From: Nitrospirota bacterium
Lineage (GTDB): Bacteria; Nitrospirota; UBA9217
Assembly (NCBI GenBank): GCA_963751455.1
Contig: CAVVUN010000008.1
Span: forward strand, 32,001-96,000
Reading direction: 5' to 3'
Length of the DNA stretch: 64,000 nucleotides
Shown: positions 37,154 to 46,953 of the stretch, piece by piece
Layout: each line of letters starts with the position of its first letter
Position numbering within the stretch: position 1 is the stretch's first letter
Notes under the pieces: generated by a model
Told to the model about the DNA's origin: nothing
What the model saw: only the letters and a program-made list of their open reading frames with translations
Database searches by the model: none
Translations under genes and position numbers: made by a program

Positions 37154-38319
37154 TTTGTCCTCCGTTTTCCTTTCGATTTCCTGTTTATAGACTCTATCTT
37201 CACTATCAGGGTTTTCATTGAATTTGCCACGACCTTGGCCAATGGCACAGGCACACCATTGCTGACCATTTTAAATGCAGTCGTCAAAAACACATTCTTG
37301 GGCAGAATATAGGATTCTGGAATGCCCTGAATTCGCATCACTTCACGCAGCGAAAGACGCCTCGGTTCCCATGGATGCAAGTGCACTTCATTATTTCCAT
37401 AGCATGCTGTCGGGCTGTAACGGTACCGATGAAGCCTCTTGAACGATTTCCCTGTGCTATCACCTTCTTTAACCCGAAAGAATTTATTCGAGTATGAATT
37501 AAATATGTTATTCGCGTTGGGGATTCTGTTCCGGTCACTTTTCCGCACCAAGCAGCTGGAGACGCAGAGCTTATCTGGTACGTCTTTTGGCCTTTGCGGC
37601 CGCTCGCCCAAACGGACTTGGCTTGGCCATTTATATGCTTTTTTTGCGTTCGAAAACTTACTTGCTGGCCATGGAAACCAAGACGCGTTAGGGTCAAACG
37701 CATGCTCCCGGAAGTAGCGATTAGCGAAACTCTTTTTGATCCCAACAACAAATAACCTCTCGCGGTGCTGCGGTACCCCGTACTCAAGCGCGTTCAAAAT
37801 CCTCTCGTCAATAGCATATCCCGCGCGTTCCAGCTTCCGCTTCACGCGGTTGAGAAACTTGCGGTGCCTCGTGAATCTCGCCAAACCGCTGACGTTTTCC
37901 AAAACAAAGAATGTCGGTTTAATCTGGCATAACAGCTCAACATATGTTTTCGTGAGTCTTCCATTCACTCCGTTATGGCCTTTATGCTGGCCTGCTTGGC
38001 TAAAATCTGGGCATGGAGGAGCACCTACCACTCCGAATAAGTGTGGCCTTTTGCGGGGGAAGGCATCTGCCAGGATTTTTGCATGCGTCAACTCCTCGAT
38101 TGAGGATTCTTCAATAACTATACTGCAGTGCGATTGTTTCCTCCGTCGGCGCCATGATGGGTATGCCTTCTTGTACAGATCCAAAAAAGCGGTGCTATGC
38201 TCATTGACCCATATGACCCGGAAACCCTCCTGTTCAAACCCCATATCCAGGAAGCCTCCGCCAGTGAAGAACGACAATAGAGGAATTGCCTTTGACGCGT
38301 TGTTGTTAGACGAGTGCAT
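37150..38319 (-). CDS. DNA (cytosine-5) methyltransferase (DruM-like)
   Basis: FTGGG, PPCPDFS, ENV, PQHRERLF, RRLSLRE, NGVP motifs; start set to ATG 38319. Confidence 0.93.
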   Translation of the reverse strand: MHSSNNNASKAIPLLSFFTGGGFLDMGFEQEGFRVIWVNEHSTAFLDLYKKAYPSWRRRRKQSHCSIVIEESSIEELTHAKILADAFPRKRPHLFGVVGAPPCPDFSQAGQHKGHNGVNGRLTKTYVELLCQIKPTFFVLENVSGLARFTRHRKFLNRVKRKLERAGYAIDERILNALEYGVPQHRERLFVVGIKKSFANRYFREHAFDPNASWFPWPASKFSNAKKAYKWPSQVRLGERPQRPKDVPDKLCVSSCLVRKSDRNRIPNANNIFNSYSNKFFRVKEGDSTGKSFKRLHRYRYSPTACYGNNEVHLHPWEPRRLSLREVMRIQGIPESYILPKNVFLTTAFKMVSNGVPVPLAKVVANSMKTLIVKIESINRKSKGKRRTK

Positions 38320-38345
38320 GTTCGTAGTTCTCACCTGTTTCTTCC

Positions 38346-41300
38346 TTAATAAGGCCTGCGCAGCACATCGAAGAGGGACTTCAACACGACTCGACGACCC
38401 GTGGCTGTGGCTTGTGCGTGGGCCACTGCCAGCTGCGGGTGAATGTTGTGCAGATCGCTGATATCCCACAAGGGGTGAGTAACTATTTCGATGATATTGC
38501 CGCGCTGGCCGGCTTGCAGCCCGGCAAGCGTTACACGCTGCATGCCTGATCCCGTGAAGTAGTTCGGAACTACGGTCGAGTACAGTGCAGCCCAGTACGG
38601 TTCCGTGAAGTCAATAGCCGCCGTTGCATCGAGAGCCAGCCGCGCCAAATCAAGACCAAGTCGCCAGTCGAGAATGTTATGGTAGGCAAGATTGCTGAAG
38701 TCACGCACACAGTCCGGACATGAAGTCTGGCAATTCACGGTGTGAGTCGATGCGACAAGGGGCGCGTGAAATCTCGTGTCGCCGATCCCAACTACATATT
38801 GCAGGAGCTGTCCGGCTTGGGCCGGCTGCCCGAGGCGGGAGCTGTAACCGGCCCCATTGTCCAGGCTGTCCGACATGAAGACTTGGCCAGAGATGCTTCC
38901 CGATGGCTCCCGCACCACTCGAAGCCCGACCTTCAACTCGCGCTCGTCAATATCCAGTAGATCAGCTGCGGCGCGGCGTAGCAGGAAACCAAACGAGTAG
39001 AGCGCGGCCCGCCCGTACACATTCTGAGGCGACGCAAAAACTCCCGTTGGCCATTGTGTAATACCGAGCAACATCAAATCTGTTATCTTGATAGAGGCAA
39101 GAGCACGGCGATCCGTGCCCGCAATGACATCAAAACGAACATTTACACGGTTTATTTGCGCAAGAGCCTCTTGCGTAACCCATGTCTCGCTGCGCTCGAG
39201 TTTTCTGAACTCGAAGCTGCGACCATCGTTGTCATTGATCACGTAGACCGTCTCTTGATCCGACCAAACCCCGAAGTTGGATTGTCGGGTTAACGGACGC
39301 ATGGTGGCACCTGCTTTCGGTCTCGAGGCCCTCGGCGACCATTCGAACTGCCCGTCGAAGTCGCGACTCGCGCCGTCCCAGGTACGAAACCCAAGCGGTT
39401 GTGCCAGCTGAATCACCTCGAATTCGGATGAATTGCAAACAGAGCAGTGTGTTGCACCCGGTGACGGTGAAGCATCAACCGCCTGGCACGCACGGCAAAG
39501 CCCGATGGGCACAGGCGGGCCGAGCGGACCCGGCTGCTCATCCACCCCCCTTGGGCCAGGCATGTAATGAACAACACCAATTGAGGTATGAATGAGGCCG
39601 TCCTTTACCGTTTCCGAACCGGGTGCGAATTGGCTGATTGCCAGGTCCAGTTCCCGGTCTACAACCCCCTCTTCCGGGGGCCAATCGGCGCGTGACGGCC
39701 TCTCATGAAAGAGCAGCCGCACGCGCGTCGGGAATCCGAACATCGGAAGAAGCCCTGCTTCAGCAAGACGCTGGCTCAAGTGTTCATGGGCAAAAGCTGA
39801 GCTGGCTGCTATCGTGTCAATCTCGCCAATAAGGTCGTGGTTAACAAAATCGAGCAGGAATTGCCGACGAGCATGCAAGTTGCTGTGAACCAACAGTATA
39901 TCGCATACTCTTTCGACTTCACGCGAGTGATTGTGGATCCAGCCAGCAATCAAGTCTCGGACGGTGGGACCGGCGTTTAGAGGCTGACCCCATCCCGCTG
40001 CGGTACCGAATTCTCCATGCACGCTATCCGCCGAGGGTGCCAAGTTTAACTGATCAAATGCCTGCCGCAGGACCTCCTTGACCAGCACACGTTTCAAGAT
40101 GGGTTCACTGCCCAAATCTACATAGGGAACGGGTGGCGGGTCGGATGTTATCCGGTCTGGCCGCTGAAAATAATAGTCGTCATGACTCCGCCCTCGGCAA
40201 AGGGTAAGCGCAACAGACAGCCCTGCACCGCGACGCCCCGCGCGACCGACGCGTTGCTGGTAGTTAAATCTCATGGGCGGCATATTTGCCATCATCACCG
40301 CGAGCAGCCCGCCAATATCCACGCCAGCTTCCATGGTCGTAGTAACACTAAGCAGATCTACGGGATCCGTCAGCCCGTTCTCCAACTGAGGCAATACAAT
40401 GTTCTGGAATAATCGCTGCCGGCGGCGCGCATCGTTCTTGTTCGTCTGCCCCGTGAGTTCCTCGCAATTCAGGCGGTATGGTTCGCCTGCCCGTGTTGCA
40501 AGATAGGCGTAGTAATCGTCACCCAGCGGACGGGCCGCCATCATCAGAGGAGCGCCAAGCGGCTCCAGACACTCAGTACAGATTCCACCAGCTCGGTGCA
40601 GATGAAGGCGCCTGCATTGCCGGCACTCAAAAAAAACATCGCCGGGCGGCTGCAAGCAAAGCGCGCGGTCTTGAAGCACGAACTGGTTCAGGCAACCGGC
40701 CTGCTCAAGGTAGTTAACAACGTCTCGCAGCAGGTCATCCCGCACGAGGCCTTGCAGATTGGCAACCGCCTCAACGTAGTTGCGCACATAGCCAGGCGCC
40801 GCCGCCAAACTATTCGCATCTTTGGAGGATAGCTTTCGCCGGGAGCCGAGGATTCTGATAACGCCGTCCGCGGTTTCTTGTATAACCGAATTCGGTTGCG
40901 GGTATTCGATGCGGTCTGCCGTTACATAAGCAAGCCGCAAAGACTCCAGACTCCTCCGGCCCGATGCAAAAATGATATCCATCAGCTCTTGCTCGGTATG
41001 TTGATGGATTTGCCGGAGATGGATCTGCTGGGCGGGATTCAGTGCGCTTGGTGGCTTCTCAGACGGAACGCCACCTGCTGGCCAGTTATACAAATCCTGC
41101 CAGTGGCCCCTTTTGTTTAACGGGTCTGACCAAAGAACGTCTTGCGACCATCCTCCAGGATTCATACCCCGATCGAGGAGTTGCCCGGCTGCATCCAGAG
41201 CCAGCGGTGTGATAGCGAACGGACCTGTGACTGCACGGTTCCGGATGCGCTGAGCCGCCTGCTGCCAAGTTAGCGCAGGATTTGTAATGGATGGCTGATT

Positions 41301-43844
41301 TGCCATCGCCGTATTCGCTGCCATGCCGAGTGCCAGCGCATCGTTGGGGCGCTGCGCAGCGAATTCAGTAGCATGCACACGTTCATCAACAGACAGGGGT
41401 TGACCGGTTACCTGCTTCCAGAACGCTTCGACGCCGCTGCCTTGATTGCCCAGAGCGGCAGCAAGCGCTTGACGCATCACATCGCGGTAATGAGCAAAGC
41501 GCATTCCGGCAGATAGCTTCGCGGCATCCTGGCGGCTGTCGGAGAACACAACAAGCTTTCGCGCGTGCGGATCTGTGCGCCCCGCCTCCCGCACGAGCAC
41601 TTCGGAAAGCACTTGGGCAAGTTTCTGGAAGCCGGTACGCTGTGTCCGGATGGGTGAACCGATGTCGCTCCACGACCAGCTAGTATCACACCGGGGGCAG
41701 TAGGCAGGATAGGCACGTATCGTGCGCTTCCTATCCTGGGGCAGTAGATTAAGTGATGCCGGATCAATAAACCCGCCGCCAGGCACATGAAAGGCAGGAA
41801 CATAGTACAGATAGCCGCGCACCGCATGCGGATTCCCGCCGTGTGCAACCTTTGCTTCTGAAGCAACCAGGTGCGCCTCAATCCAGCGGCGTTGAATGTT
41901 CTTCTCGACCCAGCTGATCCGCCCTGGCCTTAACCCGTTCGATGCAGGCCAGAAAACAGCATACCGCATGTAATCCCGGTCCAGAGAAACCAGATCAGGC
42001 GATTTTTCCAGATCCGGGTGATCAGGGCTTAGAAACCACTCATTGGAGTTATTACCTGGCCTCCGGTAGCCGCCAACGAATACCTCGCCACAGGCCTCAC
42101 AGTATAGAAGTTCCAGGATCCGCGATCCGCAGTTGCAAGTTAGGGCCGGTGCGTAGTAAAGGCTGCCCACAGGGCCAGGCGGCATGCGCGGCGGCGCAGC
42201 GTTGCAGGCGGGGTCGGTGCAAGCCCACAAGCCTTGCAGGTTGCGGAAGAACATATGCGCACGGATGGGCAGCACTGCTCCGCCCCCTGCATTGCGGCCC
42301 GCGCAGAGTCCGGCAAGCAAACCTTCCACTGCATCTGCGCGCTCGCTGTCCGGAAGGTTGGGAAACAAAGCGCTCCCGATTTCTGCTGGCATGCGGGGAC
42401 GAGTTATCTGTGCGTTTTGGGAGATACATATCTCGCGGAGGGCTGAAGGCGCATCAATGTGCTCTAGCGCCGCACCTAGCACGCGGCCTGGATCGTTCCC
42501 AGGCGTAAGCGGTGCTCCAACTGATTGTTGAAAAGCGGACGCCAAAGCCTGAATGCTGCCGGAGCCCCTGCGCAACTGCCCACCCAAGTCACGTAGCGGA
42601 GTGGCGTAATTCTGGATACGTGCAGCCGCGCCTGGCGTCGGTGGAATCATGTTTCCGGAGACAATAGCGAACCGGTTCCGGTCCCGTGCGAGGAACGCTT
42701 CCAGATAATCGAGGCCGGAAGCATCGCCAGCGACGGATGCGCTGGATGCAATGATTCGCAACTGCGGGGAATCCGGTTGCAGTCCAAGCCGCTCTAACAG
42801 AACACGGATCAAGTAAGCCACCTCCGTGCCCGGCGTGCCGCGATATGTATGCAATTCATCCACGATGAGATGAAAAATGTTCGAGGGATCGGCTGCAAGC
42901 CATTGCCTGGTCAGATCGAAGATCGGCGCCTCCAAACTGCGCATCAACATGATGTTCAGCATAGAGTAGTTAGTGATAAGGATATCCGGCGGCGCCTCCT
43001 GCATATCCCAGCGCGACCACATTTCTCCGCCATCGAGACGCGGGAAGAAACGCGCCGCCTGAGAACCAGCTACCTGCAGGACCGCTTGTTCCAGGTCAAT
43101 CAGAGTTTCACGCAAGCGTTTCAACTTCCCGGGATCTTGCAGCCCGGGCACAGGCGTACGGCCTGTATAACGGCCAAAATAGAACAGGTTGCCGGCCCGG
43201 CGGGCGCGAAGCCACTGCCTGGCGTGGTCCCCATCCAGCGCTGCGCGCAAGCGGGCAAGCTGGTCCTCTACAAGCGCATTCAGCGGATAGAGTATCAACG
43301 CGCGGATTGCAGCCGGACGCGCTGCGGGGTTTTCATGGCCTCGCTGGGAAATTCTTTGCCCGCTGCGATTCCACCAATCCATTTGAACTGGTGAAGGCGG
43401 CATTGTTCCCCATCTGGCAGACTCCCTCACCAGGGCAGCGAGCACAGGCAGCAAGAAGCATTCCGTCTTGCCTGAACCAGTGCCGGTTGTAACTACTACG
43501 TCATGACTGTTCAGGACTGTCTCAACAAACACATCGCGCTGGTGCGTGTAGGGCTTGCGGCTGGCGGGAAAGAGTTCCAGCGAAACAAAGTTGGCAAGAT
43601 CATTGATCTCCTGTGCGCTCCATCTCCCGCTTAGAATTGAACGGGTCATATCCGCAAATGTTTGGCCGCAGTCTGCGTAAAGCGGTACCGGCTCGATCAG
43701 GGGGGCACGGTGAATCCGCCCGTCTACATCCAGCAGCCGGTCACGCTCTCTGACCAGATCCGGATACCGCAAGTCAAACGGACTGTCCAGGTAACGGAGG
43801 TACATCTCGCGAAGGGAGTTAAAGACATGTATTGGATTTTTCAT
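38346..43844 (-). CDS. Large SF2 helicase with DUF1998 domain (Druantia DruE-like)
   Basis: 1832 aa; TGTGSGKTE, YPLNALVEDQ, TNYSML, DELH, FSDSRQDAA, TTTMEAGVDIG, QRVGRAGR, several CxxC, C-terminal CQTSCPDC. Confidence 0.9.
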   Translation of the reverse strand: MKNPIHVFNSLREMYLRYLDSPFDLRYPDLVRERDRLLDVDGRIHRAPLIEPVPLYADCGQTFADMTRSILSGRWSAQEINDLANFVSLELFPASRKPYTHQRDVFVETVLNSHDVVVTTGTGSGKTECFLLPVLAALVRESARWGTMPPSPVQMDWWNRSGQRISQRGHENPAARPAAIRALILYPLNALVEDQLARLRAALDGDHARQWLRARRAGNLFYFGRYTGRTPVPGLQDPGKLKRLRETLIDLEQAVLQVAGSQAARFFPRLDGGEMWSRWDMQEAPPDILITNYSMLNIMLMRSLEAPIFDLTRQWLAADPSNIFHLIVDELHTYRGTPGTEVAYLIRVLLERLGLQPDSPQLRIIASSASVAGDASGLDYLEAFLARDRNRFAIVSGNMIPPTPGAAARIQNYATPLRDLGGQLRRGSGSIQALASAFQQSVGAPLTPGNDPGRVLGAALEHIDAPSALREICISQNAQITRPRMPAEIGSALFPNLPDSERADAVEGLLAGLCAGRNAGGGAVLPIRAHMFFRNLQGLWACTDPACNAAPPRMPPGPVGSLYYAPALTCNCGSRILELLYCEACGEVFVGGYRRPGNNSNEWFLSPDHPDLEKSPDLVSLDRDYMRYAVFWPASNGLRPGRISWVEKNIQRRWIEAHLVASEAKVAHGGNPHAVRGYLYYVPAFHVPGGGFIDPASLNLLPQDRKRTIRAYPAYCPRCDTSWSWSDIGSPIRTQRTGFQKLAQVLSEVLVREAGRTDPHARKLVVFSDSRQDAAKLSAGMRFAHYRDVMRQALAAALGNQGSGVEAFWKQVTGQPLSVDERVHATEFAAQRPNDALALGMAANTAMANQPSITNPALTWQQAAQRIRNRAVTGPFAITPLALDAAGQLLDRGMNPGGWSQDVLWSDPLNKRGHWQDLYNWPAGGVPSEKPPSALNPAQQIHLRQIHQHTEQELMDIIFASGRRSLESLRLAYVTADRIEYPQPNSVIQETADGVIRILGSRRKLSSKDANSLAAAPGYVRNYVEAVANLQGLVRDDLLRDVVNYLEQAGCLNQFVLQDRALCLQPPGDVFFECRQCRRLHLHRAGGICTECLEPLGAPLMMAARPLGDDYYAYLATRAGEPYRLNCEELTGQTNKNDARRRQRLFQNIVLPQLENGLTDPVDLLSVTTTMEAGVDIGGLLAVMMANMPPMRFNYQQRVGRAGRRGAGLSVALTLCRGRSHDDYYFQRPDRITSDPPPVPYVDLGSEPILKRVLVKEVLRQAFDQLNLAPSADSVHGEFGTAAGWGQPLNAGPTVRDLIAGWIHNHSREVERVCDILLVHSNLHARRQFLLDFVNHDLIGEIDTIAASSAFAHEHLSQRLAEAGLLPMFGFPTRVRLLFHERPSRADWPPEEGVVDRELDLAISQFAPGSETVKDGLIHTSIGVVHYMPGPRGVDEQPGPLGPPVPIGLCRACQAVDASPSPGATHCSVCNSSEFEVIQLAQPLGFRTWDGASRDFDGQFEWSPRASRPKAGATMRPLTRQSNFGVWSDQETVYVINDNDGRSFEFRKLERSETWVTQEALAQINRVNVRFDVIAGTDRRALASIKITDLMLLGITQWPTGVFASPQNVYGRAALYSFGFLLRRAAADLLDIDERELKVGLRVVREPSGSISGQVFMSDSLDNGAGYSSRLGQPAQAGQLLQYVVGIGDTRFHAPLVASTHTVNCQTSCPDCVRDFSNLAYHNILDWRLGLDLARLALDATAAIDFTEPYWAALYSTVVPNYFTGSGMQRVTLAGLQAGQRGNIIEIVTHPLWDISDLHNIHPQLAVAHAQATATGRRVVLKSLFDVLRRPY

Positions 43845-44770
43845 AGGCTAGGCTGCCTCAAAATGTGCGCCGCGAAACCGGCAATGCCTTCCGGGATCTC
43901 CCGGTAAACTAACATCCTGCTTGTTGCGTCATAATCCGGCAGAAATCCGGAACACAACACCAGCGCCCGTTCCAAAAGATACGGCGGGCGCAAAATGGCT
44001 GGAACAGCCAAACATTGTGCGTTGCGATTATAATGCACGACTTGCCGGCCGTGCTTGGCAAGCAAGAAGAACTTGCCAGCCTGTCCTCCAACCATGAAGG
44101 TGCGCCCTTTTACCCGAAGAAAATACTTGTACGTTTGGAATTGCATGAACTGGAACAATCCATCTGTGATCCTGTTTGCCTCAGCAACGGAAGACCCGGT
44201 CCAGCGGTACGACCGCCGTTTGATTTCAAAATACTTGACCTCCCAGTCCTTGCCGAATGGAAGCGGTGTTTCCCGCCACACAGCCAAGCTGTCCAAAGGC
44301 GGCAAGCAACTAAGAATTGCCACAGACGCATCCGGTTGAACCTTTATGCCCGCGGTTTCAGCCAGCGCGACGAGTGGTTCGAGACAGGGAGCCGATACCC
44401 GGACTACGTCTGGTTGCTCAGAGACCTTATAGCGCTCACAGGTAGCACCAGCAAGCCCTTCAAAACGGCGGATCGTCTCCGGCAGGCGCGCACCACAGAG
44501 AACACCTGCAGTGCCGCGGACGGCCAGCCTGGTGAGCGTAAGTACCGGCGGCGTCACTCGCCAGCCATTTTCACAGTCTGCTGCATCGAACTCTACATGA
44601 GCCAGGCTTTGGAGGTTGAAGCGTAGACGTTGATGAAGCCGATAGCTTTCCGGGGCTCTGTTGTTCAGTTCATCGCCTTCAGAAAAAATTTCCTCCACAG
44701 CGGACTTGAATTGCGGCCACGATCCCGCACTGCGCGCGGAAAGCCAGAACAGAAGCTCATTTGGTCCCAT
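43841..44770 (-). CDS. Druantia-associated hypothetical protein
   Basis: ATGA-coupled to the helicase; LAHVEF...WRVTPPVL...LCGAR and LERALVLCSG motifs; assigned by context. Confidence 0.65.
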   Translation of the reverse strand: MGPNELLFWLSARSAGSWPQFKSAVEEIFSEGDELNNRAPESYRLHQRLRFNLQSLAHVEFDAADCENGWRVTPPVLTLTRLAVRGTAGVLCGARLPETIRRFEGLAGATCERYKVSEQPDVVRVSAPCLEPLVALAETAGIKVQPDASVAILSCLPPLDSLAVWRETPLPFGKDWEVKYFEIKRRSYRWTGSSVAEANRITDGLFQFMQFQTYKYFLRVKGRTFMVGGQAGKFFLLAKHGRQVVHYNRNAQCLAVPAILRPPYLLERALVLCSGFLPDYDATSRMLVYREIPEGIAGFAAHILRQPSL

Positions 44771-46706
44771 GCTGCCTCAGAGTCCTCCATATCGCCCTAG
44801 CGAGCAATGAGTAGTTTTGCCACAGCCGTTCGGTCTCGCTATCAATAGGCCAAATTAACAAGCCTTTTCGTTTACAGTCGAGGATTGCCTGACACCAGCG
44901 CCAGATAGTAAGCCGTTCCTTTCGACGAGATGTCCGGGTCTCTACCTGTTGACCCGGCGAGATCGGCGCAATAAGCCTTACCCGGTGGAGATTCTTGTCG
45001 CTGTGCAGCGCATTGTCCGGCACCGCCCATACAACCTCGAAAGGAACGAACCCTGTCCATTCCGTACCGGCCCGCGCTTCGCACCGGAAGACTTCGCCGG
45101 GCTTTGCGCCAAGCAACACGCGGTTGGTAGTCGGCACAGTTACGAGCTGTGCAGCGTGCCGCGGTGTGGCAATTGCCCCGCATAGCGTACCGTCGGCATA
45201 GTCGTACGGTTGCCATAGATCCCAGCCGGGCGATGGAGAAGCAATGGAGTACTTGGCCTGTGTGCCGCCGCACCAGACAATATGGTTTCCGTCCCCGTCC
45301 CATCCCGAGGCAATGAAACCCCCGTTTGCTTGGAGCACAGCTGGATGGTTGTCGATCCTTACCTCCGTATGTGGCGGGATATCGCCGCTGACACTGATCT
45401 TCGGCGGAAATCCTGTGAGCCACACCGAGTCGTACAGCCACAGTCCGCCATCCAGTTCAATCTCGACTTCCGGCAGCGGCCTTAGGATATTAAGGATGTC
45501 ATTACCGGACGAGTGCGGCAGGGTTCGTAAAGGCTTCACCCCGCGGAAGAAGACCCAACCCGCTGGTGCACCGTAATCCTCACGATGAGCCTCTAGCTGT
45601 CCGCACCCAGCCTGATCAAGAACCGCCCTTACTTCCTCGGCACGGCCGGCTTTGCACAGCACAACTTGGTCTTCGCGACCTATTCTCAGCCATGTCGTTG
45701 ATACAGAACCGGCAAGACCATGATACCCTGCAAGCACATAGACATCGCGGCCACTCAACCGCCAAGAGGATTGAGTGCCACTGTCGCGTGCAGAAAATTG
45801 AAAGCCTTCGCTGAGGAGTTCAGACAGCCTCTCACCAGCATTAATTTCATACCATGCATCGCCATACGCACTCAATACGAAATCTTTCCTGCCGCTGCTT
45901 ACTTCTATTTCTTGCTCGCTGTCCGGGAACCGTTGCCCAAGCAAGCGGATCTGGCAGAAACCATGCCGGTCGAAAATCGCCTGGATACTCACCTCCAATG
46001 GTTGCCCACGGCGTTCCTCACGTTGCTTTGGGCTTGGTTGCGCCGCGGTCCGAGGCTGGCTCTTGGGTGGTTTGATAACGGGAGGCTGGTAAATGAATCG
46101 TCCAGGTACCCCGCCTTCGTTTTTTGATTCGACGCGTACACCTGGTGTGACATCGGCACCTGAGGCCGATTGCGTTGCCGATACTTTCGGCTCTTGCGGG
46201 CCGGCAGCGAGTACACTCTTTGACGGCCCGTAAGCATCCGGCGAAGCTGGGGTGTCCCGCTTTTCGGATTGTGCAGTTTGTTGAGGAATGTTTCCTTCCG
46301 CTTGTTCCTTCGCTGAACCACCAGGCTGCAATGATTGTTCGCCGACTTCCTCTGCTTGCTTGGAGACAGCAAGCTCTCCCGGAGACGGCGCGGGTGCAGG
46401 ACCGATCGAGACCATGACATCTGGACCCTCAGTAGGTTTTTCGATTGATTCGCCCGCCTTCTCCTTGAACGTGCCCGTCTCGGGCAAAGGGGGCTTCGAA
46501 CTATCTGACCCTGGTTCAAGTCGCGAACGTTGCTCGTCTTTGATGCTTATGGACGTATCAATACCGCTAGGCTGTTCTGCAGAAGGGAGGACAACGCTTT
46601 CTGAACGGAATTTCCTCAACCTGCGTGCCCGTATTACTGCTTTGATAACGGACGCTAGTGCAATTGCAAGAAAAATTAATATTAATATTAATATTAATAT
46701 TAGCAT
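44757..46706 (-). CDS. Druantia-associated hypothetical protein with N-terminal TM anchor and Pro/Ser/Glu-rich linker
   Basis: Overlaps the next gene by 14 nt; hydrophobic N-terminus, ~200 aa low-complexity linker, Trp/Gly-rich C-terminal region; start uncertain (46706 or up to 46742). Confidence 0.65.
   Translation of the reverse strand: MLILILILILIFLAIALASVIKAVIRARRLRKFRSESVVLPSAEQPSGIDTSISIKDEQRSRLEPGSDSSKPPLPETGTFKEKAGESIEKPTEGPDVMVSIGPAPAPSPGELAVSKQAEEVGEQSLQPGGSAKEQAEGNIPQQTAQSEKRDTPASPDAYGPSKSVLAAGPQEPKVSATQSASGADVTPGVRVESKNEGGVPGRFIYQPPVIKPPKSQPRTAAQPSPKQREERRGQPLEVSIQAIFDRHGFCQIRLLGQRFPDSEQEIEVSSGRKDFVLSAYGDAWYEINAGERLSELLSEGFQFSARDSGTQSSWRLSGRDVYVLAGYHGLAGSVSTTWLRIGREDQVVLCKAGRAEEVRAVLDQAGCGQLEAHREDYGAPAGWVFFRGVKPLRTLPHSSGNDILNILRPLPEVEIELDGGLWLYDSVWLTGFPPKISVSGDIPPHTEVRIDNHPAVLQANGGFIASGWDGDGNHIVWCGGTQAKYSIASPSPGWDLWQPYDYADGTLCGAIATPRHAAQLVTVPTTNRVLLGAKPGEVFRCEARAGTEWTGFVPFEVVWAVPDNALHSDKNLHRVRLIAPISPGQQVETRTSRRKERLTIWRWCQAILDCKRKGLLIWPIDSETERLWQNYSLLARAIWRTLRQHGTK
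46675..46702. repeat. (ATTAAT) x ~4.7 tandem repeat encoding LILILILILI
   Basis: Read directly in the sequence. Confidence 0.9.
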
Positions 46707-46953
46707 CTGTTTCACGCCAGCACCCATTAGGATTAAGGTCATCTGTGAAGAAACTGCCCGCGAGGACGATTCCTATTTCACAATATTTCAAACATATCGA
46801 AAAAGCAAGGTAAAAACCCAGCTATTCGTCAGCGAGTTTTGGAATCAAAAAGAGCATAGTAAAAATAAGTCTAAAATTCAATATTAAAATGCAAAGCTCG
46901 ATGAGAAGTGTTTCAGGAAGGGACGCGCTGGGTAGACGATTCTCTGCCGCTCT

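Larger units (their letters stand above)
34998..46706. other. Defence island 2 (TAC module plus Druantia type II-like operon)
   Basis: Nine accessory genes between the flavoprotein and deoxynucleoside kinase genes; AT-rich edges; no integrase seen. Confidence 0.8.

Noticed and set aside
38320-38469. N-terminal extension of the C5 methylase ORF
   Set aside because: Overlaps the helicase 3' end and precedes motif I; ATG 38319 is more plausible
34800-46950. Search for att-like direct repeats or an integrase bounding island 2
   Set aside because: Only a short GTCAGCG match near both edges, not distinguishable from chance; no recombinase gene seen
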